Below, piece after piece: positions 1 through 9,397 of a DNA stretch of 64,000 nucleotides. The position numbers were made by a program, and so were the translations under genes. The notes under the pieces are model-generated. The model had not been told where the DNA came from. It saw only the letters and a program-made list of their open reading frames with translations, and made no database searches. How positions within the stretch are numbered: the stretch's first letter is position 1; each line of letters opens with the position of its first letter. This stretch comes from Candidatus Bathyarchaeia archaeon (GTDB lineage: Archaea; Thermoproteota; Bathyarchaeia; Bathyarchaeales; Bathycorpusculaceae), in the NCBI GenBank assembly GCA_049515895.1, contig JBEKTQ010000010.1:66259-130258 (forward strand), in the 5' to 3' direction.

Positions 1-240
1 TTCGGCGAACCCCAGTTTTTGTGCCGGGTCATCTTTATAGCCGTCTTTTATGCCGTACTTCGCTGCTGTTGGGTGCCCAAAACTGCCGCCGCCATGAACG
101 ATGATTAGGTTATCAAGATCTGCCCGCTTAATTTCCTCAGCTAAGCGGTTTATAACCTCTGTCTTCGCGGCTAATTCTCCTGTTTTGTCTGTGATTGCTG
201 AGCCGCCGATTTTTAATATTACAGGTTTCGTCTCGTTCAA
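1..240 (-). CDS. ipk: Isopentenyl phosphate kinase (N-terminal part, runs off window)
   Basis: Hand translation from TTG at 240: MNETKPVILKIGGSAITDK...IIVHGGGSFGHPTAAKY; amino-acid-kinase family IPK motifs; near mevalonate genes. Confidence 0.9.
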   Translation of the reverse strand, partial: MNETKPVILKIGGSAITDKTGELAAKTEVINRLAEEIKRADLDNLIIVHGGGSFGHPTAAKYGIKDGYKDDPAQKLGFAE

Positions 241-380
241 TTATCATCTACCTTTACATGAAGTATTTAATCTCTCATTGAAAAGGATTACCGAGAACAA
301 AAAAAGACATCACTCCATTGGCGGCGAAAAAGGGCAGCTTTAGATTTGAGCCTGGCCTTAGAGGGAAAAAACTGAACTGT

Positions 381-1910
381 TTACTTTTTAGTTCTAGATT
401 TCGAAATGAATCTTTTCGCAGCGTAACCCAAAATTACAATCATCCATACTAGGACTAGTGCGATTGCAGTGGCGGTTGCTATCAAATTCAGGTTTATTAT
501 GTTGCCTACTTGGTAAGCGAATGTTTTAGAATATTGATCTGGCGTTGGCGTCGGAGTTGTTTGAGGTGTATCAATTGGTGTTGGGTTAGGCGTCTGCTTT
601 GTCGGAATAGGCGTAACCGTGGGTGTGTAGCTTGGGATGGCTGGGGCTGACGAGCTCGGTTGAGTCAAGAATGGAACAAACGTGATGGTTCCGAGGTGAT
701 GATCGATCTTTGAGTCGTAGATTGTTTGGTTGATCGTTGTTGTGTCGGTTATTCCCCACCAGTTGTTTTGTGCATCGATATTTGCGGTGGTTGAGGTTAT
801 GCTGTTTTGGGTGTTGGCGACGATGTTGTTGTTGCCGATGACTCCTGTCGTGGGGTTGTGTATTCCTATTTGGTTGTTTGTGATTGTGTTGGAACTTATG
901 CTTCCGCCTCCGTTTATTCCGTAGCGTGAATTGCCGTCAATCAGATTGCCAGTAATTGTCACTTGTGCTCCAGTGTCGATGTCTATTCCGTCCGTTCCTG
1001 TCAGGAAGGAGTTGCCTTGGACAGTTAATATGCTTCTGGCTTGAGCGCTGATTCCCATGAAGCAGCTTGAAAAAGTGTTGTTTGAAACGGTGAAGGCTGA
1101 GGCAGACGAATCATCGATGCCCGTTAAATATCCGTTGCCGTTGAACTGATTGCTTATTATTTGAGCGCTTCCTGAAGTTACTTTTATGCCGTCGCTGTTG
1201 TTGCCGTACTGAGCGCCGAAAGTGTTGCTTGTTATAACTGGGACTCCCGAGGTCACTGCTATGCCCACGTTGCTTGAGCCAGAGGAGGATCCCTCAAACT
1301 GGTTGTTGGTTATCAGCGGAGTTCCGCCGGATACGCTTATGGCGGTGAGGCTGTAGCCGGAACTTTGGACATTGTAATTTATGATGTTGTTGGAGATTTG
1401 AGGTGAACCGCCGTTGACGCTTAGGGGCGAGTTAAACGGTGTGGCATAATTAAAAACGCATGTATCGATTTCAGGCGATGAGCCTTCTACGTTTACGCTT
1501 ACTGAGTTTAAGACAGCGTTTTGGATAATTGACCCCGAGTTGATTGCGGCATTCCAAGGCGTACTTCCTGGACTAATAAATATCGGTTCGCTTGGAGTGA
1601 TTTGTGAAGTTTGGTTGGCGTTGGATTCAAAAATGATTTGGTTGTCTGCTTGGCCTTGGGCCGTCAGCGCTCCATAAATGAATAAATAGTACCTTTCCAA
1701 GTTGACCGTTACTCCAGGGTCAATCGTAAGAGTTGCGTTACTGCCTACTGTTACTGTTCCGTTAAAATTTATTGGGCTCTGTGCCACTGTCCATTCCGTA
1801 TTGGATGTTATTGTTACGCTCCCGGGGATTTGTGCGTGAGCGTTTGCAACAATGAACAGCCCGCTGAAAAGAATTGTCACAATTAAGAGGATGCAGGCGA
1901 CGCGCTTCAT
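381..1910 (-). CDS. Secreted, membrane-anchored parallel beta-helix (pectin-lyase/NosD-like) surface protein
   Basis: Signal peptide, Asn/Gly/Ile-rich beta-helix repeats, DAQNNWWG motif, Pro/Thr linker, C-terminal TM with basic tail. Confidence 0.8.
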   Translation of the reverse strand: MKRVACILLIVTILFSGLFIVANAHAQIPGSVTITSNTEWTVAQSPINFNGTVTVGSNATLTIDPGVTVNLERYYLFIYGALTAQGQADNQIIFESNANQTSQITPSEPIFISPGSTPWNAAINSGSIIQNAVLNSVSVNVEGSSPEIDTCVFNYATPFNSPLSVNGGSPQISNNIINYNVQSSGYSLTAISVSGGTPLITNNQFEGSSSGSSNVGIAVTSGVPVITSNTFGAQYGNNSDGIKVTSGSAQIISNQFNGNGYLTGIDDSSASAFTVSNNTFSSCFMGISAQARSILTVQGNSFLTGTDGIDIDTGAQVTITGNLIDGNSRYGINGGGSISSNTITNNQIGIHNPTTGVIGNNNIVANTQNSITSTTANIDAQNNWWGITDTTTINQTIYDSKIDHHLGTITFVPFLTQPSSSAPAIPSYTPTVTPIPTKQTPNPTPIDTPQTTPTPTPDQYSKTFAYQVGNIINLNLIATATAIALVLVWMIVILGYAAKRFISKSRTKK

Positions 1911-2016
1911 GCTGACACTGCTTGGTCTATTAGGCTCTTAAAATATAAATTACTTTGCATGGAACCAACACATGTTTCATCAAACCTTAAAAAGGCAACG
2001 GTATACATGGTAAGCT

Positions 2017-2946
2017 ATGGGGAAGCTTGCTTCGAACCTAGTTCAAGGGTTAGCCAGGTTTACGAACAAGAGCTTAGTAAAAAACCTCATTGTAATTACG
2101 CTATGTGTCATGTTCTTCTTTATCCAGTTATTCTACCCCTACAACTATTACGCTTCAGGTCCGAGAAACTCACATTCTGCCTTCCAAGTCGGCATACACT
2201 ACGTTTACGAGCAGGATAACCTGACTGATATTTATGGTCAGGTTACGCAGATCTATGATTTAGGCTTCAAAGTCATACGGGTAAATTTTGAGTGCGACCC
2301 TCAGTTCCTTACTGATCCGATAAATCAGAAGACAGACATGTTTTTCTCAGCTACAAGCCATTACGGATTAGCTGTGGCTCTTGTTATACCGAACGATGAA
2401 CCCACTGAAAGCATTAACTTTTACCTTAACCACTGGGGCGGCAACTTAACCTATGTTCAAATCATGAATGAACCTGAAACATCTTCCAGCTGGGACGTCG
2501 GTGCCCTTTTCACAGATGACGAAATACTCTCGACGTTTAACAACATTTACACAACCATTGATTCCCATCATCTTTCAGCGCAGCTATACACTAACTTCGG
2601 AATCGGATACGTCTTGAGAACCAATGTTCCAGTTGAGTTCAGCCAAAAGCTCAATTTCGTAGGGTTAGACGTCTACATGAATTCATTCCTAGTTTTGTCT
2701 CCCCTTTTCATCCAAAATCTACATGAAATTACCCACAAAGACGTGGTGATAACTGAGTTTGGAATGTCGACGGCTGACAGCGCTGCCCAAACCAGCTACA
2801 TCATCAACGGGCTCAACCTTTTCAAAAGCATGGGGCTCAAAGGATGCTGGATCGTGTATTGGAACAGTGCATATGACAACTACGGGATTCGGGGAACCCC
2901 AACAGAAACAGCTGTAGGTGACTGGATTGCAAAAAACGCAAAGTGA
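2017..2946 (+). CDS. Membrane-anchored clan GH-A type glycoside hydrolase (TIM barrel)
   Basis: N-terminal TM; QIMNEP (acid/base) and VVITEFG (nucleophile) motifs. Confidence 0.65.
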   Translation: MGKLASNLVQGLARFTNKSLVKNLIVITLCVMFFFIQLFYPYNYYASGPRNSHSAFQVGIHYVYEQDNLTDIYGQVTQIYDLGFKVIRVNFECDPQFLTDPINQKTDMFFSATSHYGLAVALVIPNDEPTESINFYLNHWGGNLTYVQIMNEPETSSSWDVGALFTDDEILSTFNNIYTTIDSHHLSAQLYTNFGIGYVLRTNVPVEFSQKLNFVGLDVYMNSFLVLSPLFIQNLHEITHKDVVITEFGMSTADSAAQTSYIINGLNLFKSMGLKGCWIVYWNSAYDNYGIRGTPTETAVGDWIAKNAK

Positions 2947-3379
2947 AAACAGAATTCTCCATCACTTCAAAAATCTGCGGTTAGCTGAAAAACTGCTTAT
3001 TCAAGGCTTAATAACAATCATTATTCTAATCGTAATACAAGCTTGGCTTTACGCTGCCCAGGACTCTTTTATGAACTACATGCCGCCAATAGGCTTCGCA
3101 TTCCTTCTGGCCATAACCTACTTTGCGCAGCCACTGATACTCGGCGTCGTGAACATCACATTAATCAACCGCTTGCATAAAACCAAAGGTTGGCAAGTTG
3201 GCATCTGGCTCAACGGCCTTTTTCTTCTGCTCGCATTCTCAACCCTCAATATTGTCTTACAAGTAACCTTCAACTTGCAGTTCCTGCCTGCCGTCGCAAT
3301 AATCGACCTGCTGCTGTCTTTTCCATTCGGCTGCCTAGCACGTTTCAGCAACGGCGGATGGACAAAGCCAATAGACTGA
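2918..3379 (+). CDS. Hypothetical 4-TM membrane protein
   Basis: Hydrophobic ORF overlapping the end of the GH gene. Confidence 0.7.
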   Translation: MTGLQKTQSENRILHHFKNLRLAEKLLIQGLITIIILIVIQAWLYAAQDSFMNYMPPIGFAFLLAITYFAQPLILGVVNITLINRLHKTKGWQVGIWLNGLFLLLAFSTLNIVLQVTFNLQFLPAVAIIDLLLSFPFGCLARFSNGGWTKPID

Positions 3380-3462
3380 GAAAATCGGCAAGACTGCTTC
3401 TTTTTGTAAAAAAATTCTTGACGCTGGAAAATGGGTTAATACATCAAAAATATGGGCACAAT

Positions 3463-3849
3463 CTATGATACGGTTATACTATCGCTTTCTATTTGGATTT
3501 TATCGCCTGTTTTGATTTTTGATAGGTCAATTTTGTCGACGCATGGAATTTCGCTGATTATGACGCCGACCGCAACCACAGTTTCGCATTCCTTGTTAAT
3601 CATGCCCGCGGGTGCGGTGCCGTTCTTTTTCATTCGGTACAACGTGTAGGAGCCGACGGTTGAGCCTTTGCCGGTTGGAAACACGAGAATTTTATCTTTG
3701 ACGCTTTGCCCTTGCAGTTCGTGCCCTTTCTCGATGATGATGCCGGTGGCTGGGTCAACTCCGCCGTAGAAAGAGATAGGCTGGCTAGTCACGAGCGCTT
3801 CGCCCTGTGCTTTGCCGTTATAGATTATTCTGCCTTTCAAATGCTCCAT
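3463..3849 (-). CDS. Phosphomevalonate dehydratase small subunit (AcnX swivel, DUF126)
   Basis: ISFYGGVDPATG and GKGSTVGSY motifs; start taken at ATG 3849. Confidence 0.9.
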   Translation of the reverse strand: MEHLKGRIIYNGKAQGEALVTSQPISFYGGVDPATGIIIEKGHELQGQSVKDKILVFPTGKGSTVGSYTLYRMKKNGTAPAGMINKECETVVAVGVIISEIPCVDKIDLSKIKTGDKIQIESDSITVS

Positions 3850-5045
3850 TTCCCGGTCACCGCTGCCTGTACGCACTCTTCTATGCTGCCCATCTTGGTT
3901 TTCATTAGGTTCTGCCTCGAGTAGAAGCAGCCTTTCGCCGAGGTTGTCGCCAACGACTTAAACCTGCCTTTCAGCGGGGCAACAGCCATGCATGTATCAC
4001 ACGCGAATTTGGCACCAGACGCTTCGATGATTTGGGTGTAGCCGCGTTTATCTGCGAGTTGCTTTGCGGTTCGTGAAGTTGCAATCCAAAACTCCGTGCC
4101 TGCCTCCACTTTTTTGCCCTCGACCAGCTGGGCGACTTTGGCGATTTCGTTAATTGAACAGTGTGGGCAGCCAACGCAAACAAGTTCTATGTTGTTTACT
4201 TGGTCGTTGATGTTGTCGTAAGCGTTTTTGATGTCGGCTTGTTCAATCGTATCTGTTTCGTTCGGTACTGTTTGTTGTTCTGACGCTGGGGTTATGCCTT
4301 TAATGTAGAAGAGCGGTTTAGCGCCGTAAGTCACAACTGACGCGCAGAACGATTTGAGCTCGTCTAAGTCAGCAACCTTGATGCCAGTGATATATGGGAT
4401 TTTGTTTTCCGCCTTCTTGCCTATCGCGTAGCCCAAGGCGCCCCAATCCGAAAGCTTCGTCAATTCCGCGTTCACCTGCACGTGGACATCGGGAACTCGG
4501 TTCCCATCCAAATGCAACCCGTAGCACGGCGTCTTGCCAATGAACGCTGCCGCCAATGCGGATGGTCCACCTTCCTTGTTCGTTTTGGCGCCAATCACCG
4601 AGTTCGCGAAGGTGACGGCGGAACTTTCCGACCACGCGATGTGTTCGCCGTAAAGAGGCAGGTTGCCGATCAAGTAGGGTGTGCATGTGCAGCTGACAAG
4701 TATTCCCATTTTCTCAAAGGCTTTTATGACGAGATTTTGTTTTTCAGCGAATTCTGGATTGATGCCAAGGTTGCGCCAGTTTTCCAAGTCCATGCCAGCA
4801 GGGTTGAGTGTTGTGAGAACTCGGACTTTGCCATCTTTTGCCAGTTCGTCGAGAAACTCCAACCCTGCGTCACCAAGGTTGTTGTATGATACGCCTGATA
4901 CTTGGACGCTGCCTACGTTGATGAGGCTTTTTGCTCCGTAAATGTCGCCCAGCGCAACCAGGATTTCCATGCTTTTCCGCACCGTGTAACCTTCAGCGCC
5001 GTCTAGCATTTTCTGCTCTTGCTTTGTTAACTGCATGTCTATCAC
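3837..5045 (-). CDS. Phosphomevalonate dehydratase large subunit (aconitase X, DUF521)
   Basis: CTCTPY, AWSESSA, GCPHCS and DTCM motifs. Confidence 0.9.
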   Translation of the reverse strand: MIDMQLTKQEQKMLDGAEGYTVRKSMEILVALGDIYGAKSLINVGSVQVSGVSYNNLGDAGLEFLDELAKDGKVRVLTTLNPAGMDLENWRNLGINPEFAEKQNLVIKAFEKMGILVSCTCTPYLIGNLPLYGEHIAWSESSAVTFANSVIGAKTNKEGGPSALAAAFIGKTPCYGLHLDGNRVPDVHVQVNAELTKLSDWGALGYAIGKKAENKIPYITGIKVADLDELKSFCASVVTYGAKPLFYIKGITPASEQQTVPNETDTIEQADIKNAYDNINDQVNNIELVCVGCPHCSINEIAKVAQLVEGKKVEAGTEFWIATSRTAKQLADKRGYTQIIEASGAKFACDTCMAVAPLKGRFKSLATTSAKGCFYSRQNLMKTKMGSIEECVQAAVTGKWSI

Positions 5046-6349
5046 AGGTACCTGTTTAAGTCCACTTTGATGTATTCTTCTTTTTTGAAGCCTTTTCCAG
5101 TTGTTACAAGCGGTATGGTTGCATCTAACCCAGCTTTGGCTGTGGTTGCTTTCTTTCCCTCACTTAGGTCGCCTGATGGGTCAAGCGATGAACCAGGCTG
5201 GTTTGACAGAATAACCGCGTTTTTGTCAGCTTGGAACCTTGTCGCAATAGCCCACTCCACCTCGCTGGAGTCATAAATATTAATATCCTCATCGACAATA
5301 ACCACGTGTTTAAGCGATTTATGCCCTTCGAAGGCTGCAGCAATTGCTTTTCTTCCGTCATCCGCGTTCTGCTTCTTTATCTGGACGACGGCGTGGAGCC
5401 AACTGCATCCTCCAGGGGTAATGTAAACGTCTTTGCATTGGCAAACCCTGTTGACTTCGTTGTAGATGGTTGGTTCCTTAGGCATGCCCATGAGGAATTT
5501 GTGCTCGTTTTTGCCAGCAAGAATCGTCTGGTAAATGGGGTTCTTTCGGTGGGTAACACATTTGATTTCGACGATTGGCTGCTGACGCACTCTGTCAACT
5601 ACGCCCGTTAAATCCAGAAATGGTCCTTCAGTTGCTTTCTCTTTGGTGATACGGCCTTCAAGCACAAACTCGCTGTCCGCTGGCACTTCCAAATCAATCG
5701 TTCTGCACTTTACCAACTCGGTATTCTCAAGCGCATTTGCCATTCCCAGCTCATCCACGCCTTTAGGCAGCGAAGTCGCAGCTGACAGCAAAACAGCCGT
5801 CGAGTTCCCGATGCAAATGGCCACGTCGAGTTCGCCGCCTGATTTTTTGAGCGCTGTGTCAGTTCCGCGGTCTTCAACGATGCGGGCGACGAAGTGGTTT
5901 TTGTTTTTAAGCATGAGGCGGTGGAAACACATGTTTCTGCCCAGCTGCGTGTCCTTAATGATAGTTATGGCTGAAGCGATGTATTTCCCGCCATCTTTTT
6001 CAGTGTAACGCATTATCGGGAGCTTGGTCAAGTCAACGTCCGTTTCAACAACTTCTTGACATTCGCCATTGCTAACAGTTATCGGAGCCTCGGGATGTTC
6101 GATTGCGCCGGATAATTTGGGCAGTAACCTGTCTTTTTGCGTGCCCAGTGACCTCGCAATCAACTCTTTGGATGATACAAGCCCTGCAACGACAGGGTAA
6201 CTGGATTCTTTAACTTTCTCAAAATAAACAGGCTTCTCACCCAAAGCATCTATTATTCCAGCTAACTCGTACTCAGTGGAGACTGGTTTTGTTATCCTGG
6301 TTAATTTACCACTCTTATCGAGCGCTTCTATGAAACTTCTTAAATCCAA
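5042..6349 (-). CDS. UbiD-family decarboxylase, likely trans-anhydromevalonate 5-phosphate decarboxylase
   Basis: EGPFLD, VDEDINI, WAIATR, SSLDPS motifs; between mvk and AcnX genes. Confidence 0.88.
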   Translation of the reverse strand: MDLRSFIEALDKSGKLTRITKPVSTEYELAGIIDALGEKPVYFEKVKESSYPVVAGLVSSKELIARSLGTQKDRLLPKLSGAIEHPEAPITVSNGECQEVVETDVDLTKLPIMRYTEKDGGKYIASAITIIKDTQLGRNMCFHRLMLKNKNHFVARIVEDRGTDTALKKSGGELDVAICIGNSTAVLLSAATSLPKGVDELGMANALENTELVKCRTIDLEVPADSEFVLEGRITKEKATEGPFLDLTGVVDRVRQQPIVEIKCVTHRKNPIYQTILAGKNEHKFLMGMPKEPTIYNEVNRVCQCKDVYITPGGCSWLHAVVQIKKQNADDGRKAIAAAFEGHKSLKHVVIVDEDINIYDSSEVEWAIATRFQADKNAVILSNQPGSSLDPSGDLSEGKKATTAKAGLDATIPLVTTGKGFKKEEYIKVDLNRYL

Positions 6350-6363
6350 CTTGCCCTCAACCC

Positions 6364-7305
6364 CTAATATTTTTCAACGCCGATCTTCGTGCTAAGGACT
6401 TCAAAGCCCAAGTGTTTGATTGCGCTTACAACTTTTCCTTGCAAATCCTTGCCGGGAGTTAACGCCACCATGCATCCACCACCGCCTCCCCCCGTGAGCT
6501 TCGATCCGAAAGCACCCTGTTTACGCGCCAAATCCACTAGCATATCCAGTTCCTTACTTGACACCTCGATCTGCTGCAGTAAATTGTGGTTTTCATTCAT
6601 TAGTTCGCCGAGTTTCTTAAGGTCATAAGCTTCAAGCGTTTTTCTTCCTGCAACCGCCAGGTTTTCTGCTTGCTTAACGATCGGGTCGTATTTAGCGGGG
6701 TTCTTTTTTTTGCGTTCAGCGACACCTTCCACCATGGCTTTGGTGTTTGCGACTTTGCCAGTGCTGCCGATTACGATTTCGATTGGCCTGCGAACGTGTA
6801 GACGCTCAACCTTGTCTGGCCCTCCCGCAAGGTTTTTTTTAAACCACATCAAACCGCCGTAGGTTGCCGCGGTATTGTCGATGCCCGACGGGTTGCCCGC
6901 GTAAGCTTTCTCAGCTTCGTAGGCGATCTGGTTAATTTTTTCGTCAGAAATTTGCATGTCCAGTTCCTGCGCTATGGCTCTTGCGATGGCGACGCTGCTT
7001 GCCGCGGAAGCACCTAATCCGCTGAATCCTGGAAGTGACCCGCCAATCCATATGTCAAGTCCAATTTTGGGGTTGATGTCCATGGTTTTTAGCATTCTCT
7101 CGATTGATTCGATTTGCTGGAGACGTTTTTCTTCGCTGTAGCCTTTAGCAGTTTTCCGTTCGTCTTTAACGTCTATTCCTTTTGCTGCTTTTTTAACTTC
7201 TGCGTCGGTTGTGGAATCAATCGCGGATACAATGCCGGGCGCACCGTGCACAACAAAGTGTTCGCCGAACAAAATTACTTTCCCGAAGCCTGACCCTTTA
7301 CCCAT
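6364..7305 (-). CDS. mvk: Mevalonate kinase
   Basis: GKVILFGEHFVVHG, GLGASAA, PSGID, KLTGGGGGG GHMP motifs. Confidence 0.95.
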   Translation of the reverse strand: MGKGSGFGKVILFGEHFVVHGAPGIVSAIDSTTDAEVKKAAKGIDVKDERKTAKGYSEEKRLQQIESIERMLKTMDINPKIGLDIWIGGSLPGFSGLGASAASSVAIARAIAQELDMQISDEKINQIAYEAEKAYAGNPSGIDNTAATYGGLMWFKKNLAGGPDKVERLHVRRPIEIVIGSTGKVANTKAMVEGVAERKKKNPAKYDPIVKQAENLAVAGRKTLEAYDLKKLGELMNENHNLLQQIEVSSKELDMLVDLARKQGAFGSKLTGGGGGGCMVALTPGKDLQGKVVSAIKHLGFEVLSTKIGVEKY

Positions 7306-7419
7306 TTAAAGTCACCCATGAAAGGAGCATATAATAGCAATTATAATAAAAACATTCTTTCTAAGGATTACAAGAACAAAATTGCTTGAAGTGATGGGTT
7401 AGAGGGGGTAAAAGTAGTG

Positions 7420-7510
7420 TTAGGCAGGCCAAACCACGCGTTAACAGGCACAGGCAAAAAAGTTTTTGGGCAAAGATGCCTCGTCGCCTGTTAGCAGCCA
7501 GACCGCCTAA
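7420..7510 (-). other. Long intergenic stem-loop, possible structured RNA
   Basis: Nested inverted repeats TTAGGC/GCCTAA, TAACAGGC/GCCTGTTA, AGGCA/TGCCT; extra G-U pairs on minus strand, followed by ACA. Confidence 0.45.
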
Positions 7511-7727
7511 CTGTTGTTGGCAATCCCTTGCTTTTTCCTTTCTCGCTCAAACCATTCTATGCATGAACCGAATATAAGATAATGTTGTTACACTTTGGAG
7601 TCACAAGCGCTTGCTATGGAAAACCCTGCCTCGTTTGTCCATCAAGCCTCGGCACCACTCCAAATTTTAAGTGGTTTCTCCATCATCAAGGCGCGAATAG
7701 TTAATTTGAGAAATCGTTGTTTTCGTC

Positions 7728-8606
7728 TTATTTCTTGAAACTCACAGCTGCATAGCCTACCACGCTCGAGTGGTCGCCTGTTATGTCGCCGCTGTTGCGG
7801 TAGTTTAACAGTTTAGCTTTAGCGCAGATGCCCTTCGCATAAGTGATTAAAGCCGTAATCGGTGCGTAGCCGCAGGCCGTGATGTTTCGTGTCTCAACGG
7901 TTTCGTAGAATTGTTTTGCATCCAAATCTATAACCGCTTTGAGTGCTGCTTGGTCTTTTTCGGCCGCGTTCTTTGCTGTTTCATAATGTGTCATATCTGA
8001 AGAAGCGATTACTACTGCATTTACTGTGTCCAAAGCTTCCTCAAGCGCACTTCCAACTTCAAAGGCTGAATCATAATCCTGCATCAAAAAGCAGATGGGA
8101 ACGATCTTGAAAGAGACTCCATAGAGAAATTGCAGAAACGGCAACTGCACCTCAATGGAGTGCTCGTAGCGGTGAGCAAATTCGTCAACGTCGATGAGGT
8201 TGGTTTCTTGTCTTATCTGATCAGCCAGTGCCGTGTCTATTTCTACGTTGCCAAGCGGTGTCTGCCAAGCGCCCTGCCTCATCATGCTTAACGCGCTGCC
8301 ATAGCCTGTGTGGTTTGGACCCATAAGAACAACTGTGTCAGGTTTGCCGTCTTTCGCTAACTCGTAATAAGCGGATGCTGCCACATGCCCCGAATACATG
8401 TAGCCAGCGTGGGGGCAAATTAAGCCAACTATGCTTCGCGGCTGGGAATGCAAGTTTACTTCTGGAAGTTTTTGTGGACCTATCTTGTGGAGGAAACAAC
8501 TTTTAATTTGTGCTCTGAGTTCTTCGGCGTCGGCTTCATAAAATTGTCCTGATACTGTTGGACGCCGAATAGTCGGCAACTCTTTAGGGTTCCTCCTCCT
8601 CTTCAC
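7728..8606 (-). CDS. MEMO1-family protein (AmmeMemoRadiSam protein B)
   Basis: PHAGYMYSG, GPNH, EHSIEVQLPFLQ, SSDMTHY, VVGYAA; true start probably TTG near 8579. Confidence 0.93.
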   Translation of the reverse strand: MKRRRNPKELPTIRRPTVSGQFYEADAEELRAQIKSCFLHKIGPQKLPEVNLHSQPRSIVGLICPHAGYMYSGHVAASAYYELAKDGKPDTVVLMGPNHTGYGSALSMMRQGAWQTPLGNVEIDTALADQIRQETNLIDVDEFAHRYEHSIEVQLPFLQFLYGVSFKIVPICFLMQDYDSAFEVGSALEEALDTVNAVVIASSDMTHYETAKNAAEKDQAALKAVIDLDAKQFYETVETRNITACGYAPITALITYAKGICAKAKLLNYRNSGDITGDHSSVVGYAAVSFKK

Positions 8607-9381
8607 GTGTCACTTTGGCTTCGAAGTCATCTATCGTTGCTGGGGGGTCTTTGTCTGGGCCAAGTTCGCCTCTTTCACGGAGCAATTGTCTTGCTAAAAG
8701 CCAGAATATGACTGCTAATGCTCTTCTTCCTTTATTGTTGGTTGGGATGACAAGGTCTACGCCTGCGAACTCGTTGTCTGTGCTGCATAAGGCGACAATT
8801 GGGATGCCGACGTTGCTGGCTTCTTTGACTGCTTGCGCGTCCGCTCTGGGGTCGGAGACAACTATGACTTCAGGGTCGATTCTGCCTGGATACTGCGGGT
8901 TAGACAGCTGCCCAGGAATGAATCGGCCTATTAGCGGTGTTGCGCCTGTCAATTGGCAGAATTTCTTGATTGGTTCTTGAGCGTACAGTCTGGTTGCTGC
9001 CACTGAGATTTTGGCGTGTTCATAACGTGACAGGAATTTCGCGGTGACCCTTATTCGGTCGTCCGTTTTTTTAACATCAAGCACGAATAACCCGTCTGGG
9101 CGGACACGGTAAATGAAAGGCTCCATGTCTAAGGTTTTCATTCTGGTTCCGATGTGGATGCCGGCTGACAGCAATGTATCGCGTGGCAAAAGTAGTTCTT
9201 CCCCCGGCGCTGGTTCTGCAGTCTGGGTAGTTTGAACCGGTTTGCTTTCAGCTGGTTGAGCTTCTTCATTTGCTAGCTTCTCCTCTTGCTGTTCTTCCGT
9301 GACGGCTTCCTCTTCTACGGGTTCACTAGACTTCTCTTCATTTTCAACTGGTTGATTATCTCTTACTTCGTCTTCAGACAT
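8584..9381 (-). CDS. rps2: 30S ribosomal protein S2 (uS2) with acidic N-terminal extension
   Basis: GIHIGT, GRFIPG, DPRADAQA, IPTNNKG. Confidence 0.97.
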   Translation of the reverse strand: MSEDEVRDNQPVENEEKSSEPVEEEAVTEEQQEEKLANEEAQPAESKPVQTTQTAEPAPGEELLLPRDTLLSAGIHIGTRMKTLDMEPFIYRVRPDGLFVLDVKKTDDRIRVTAKFLSRYEHAKISVAATRLYAQEPIKKFCQLTGATPLIGRFIPGQLSNPQYPGRIDPEVIVVSDPRADAQAVKEASNVGIPIVALCSTDNEFAGVDLVIPTNNKGRRALAVIFWLLARQLLRERGELGPDKDPPATIDDFEAKVTREEEEEP

Positions 9382-9397
9382 ACTTTCACTTTCTCTG

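Noticed and set aside
9180-9381. Long acidic N-terminus of uS2
   Set aside because: Low-complexity acidic extensions are common on archaeal ribosomal proteins
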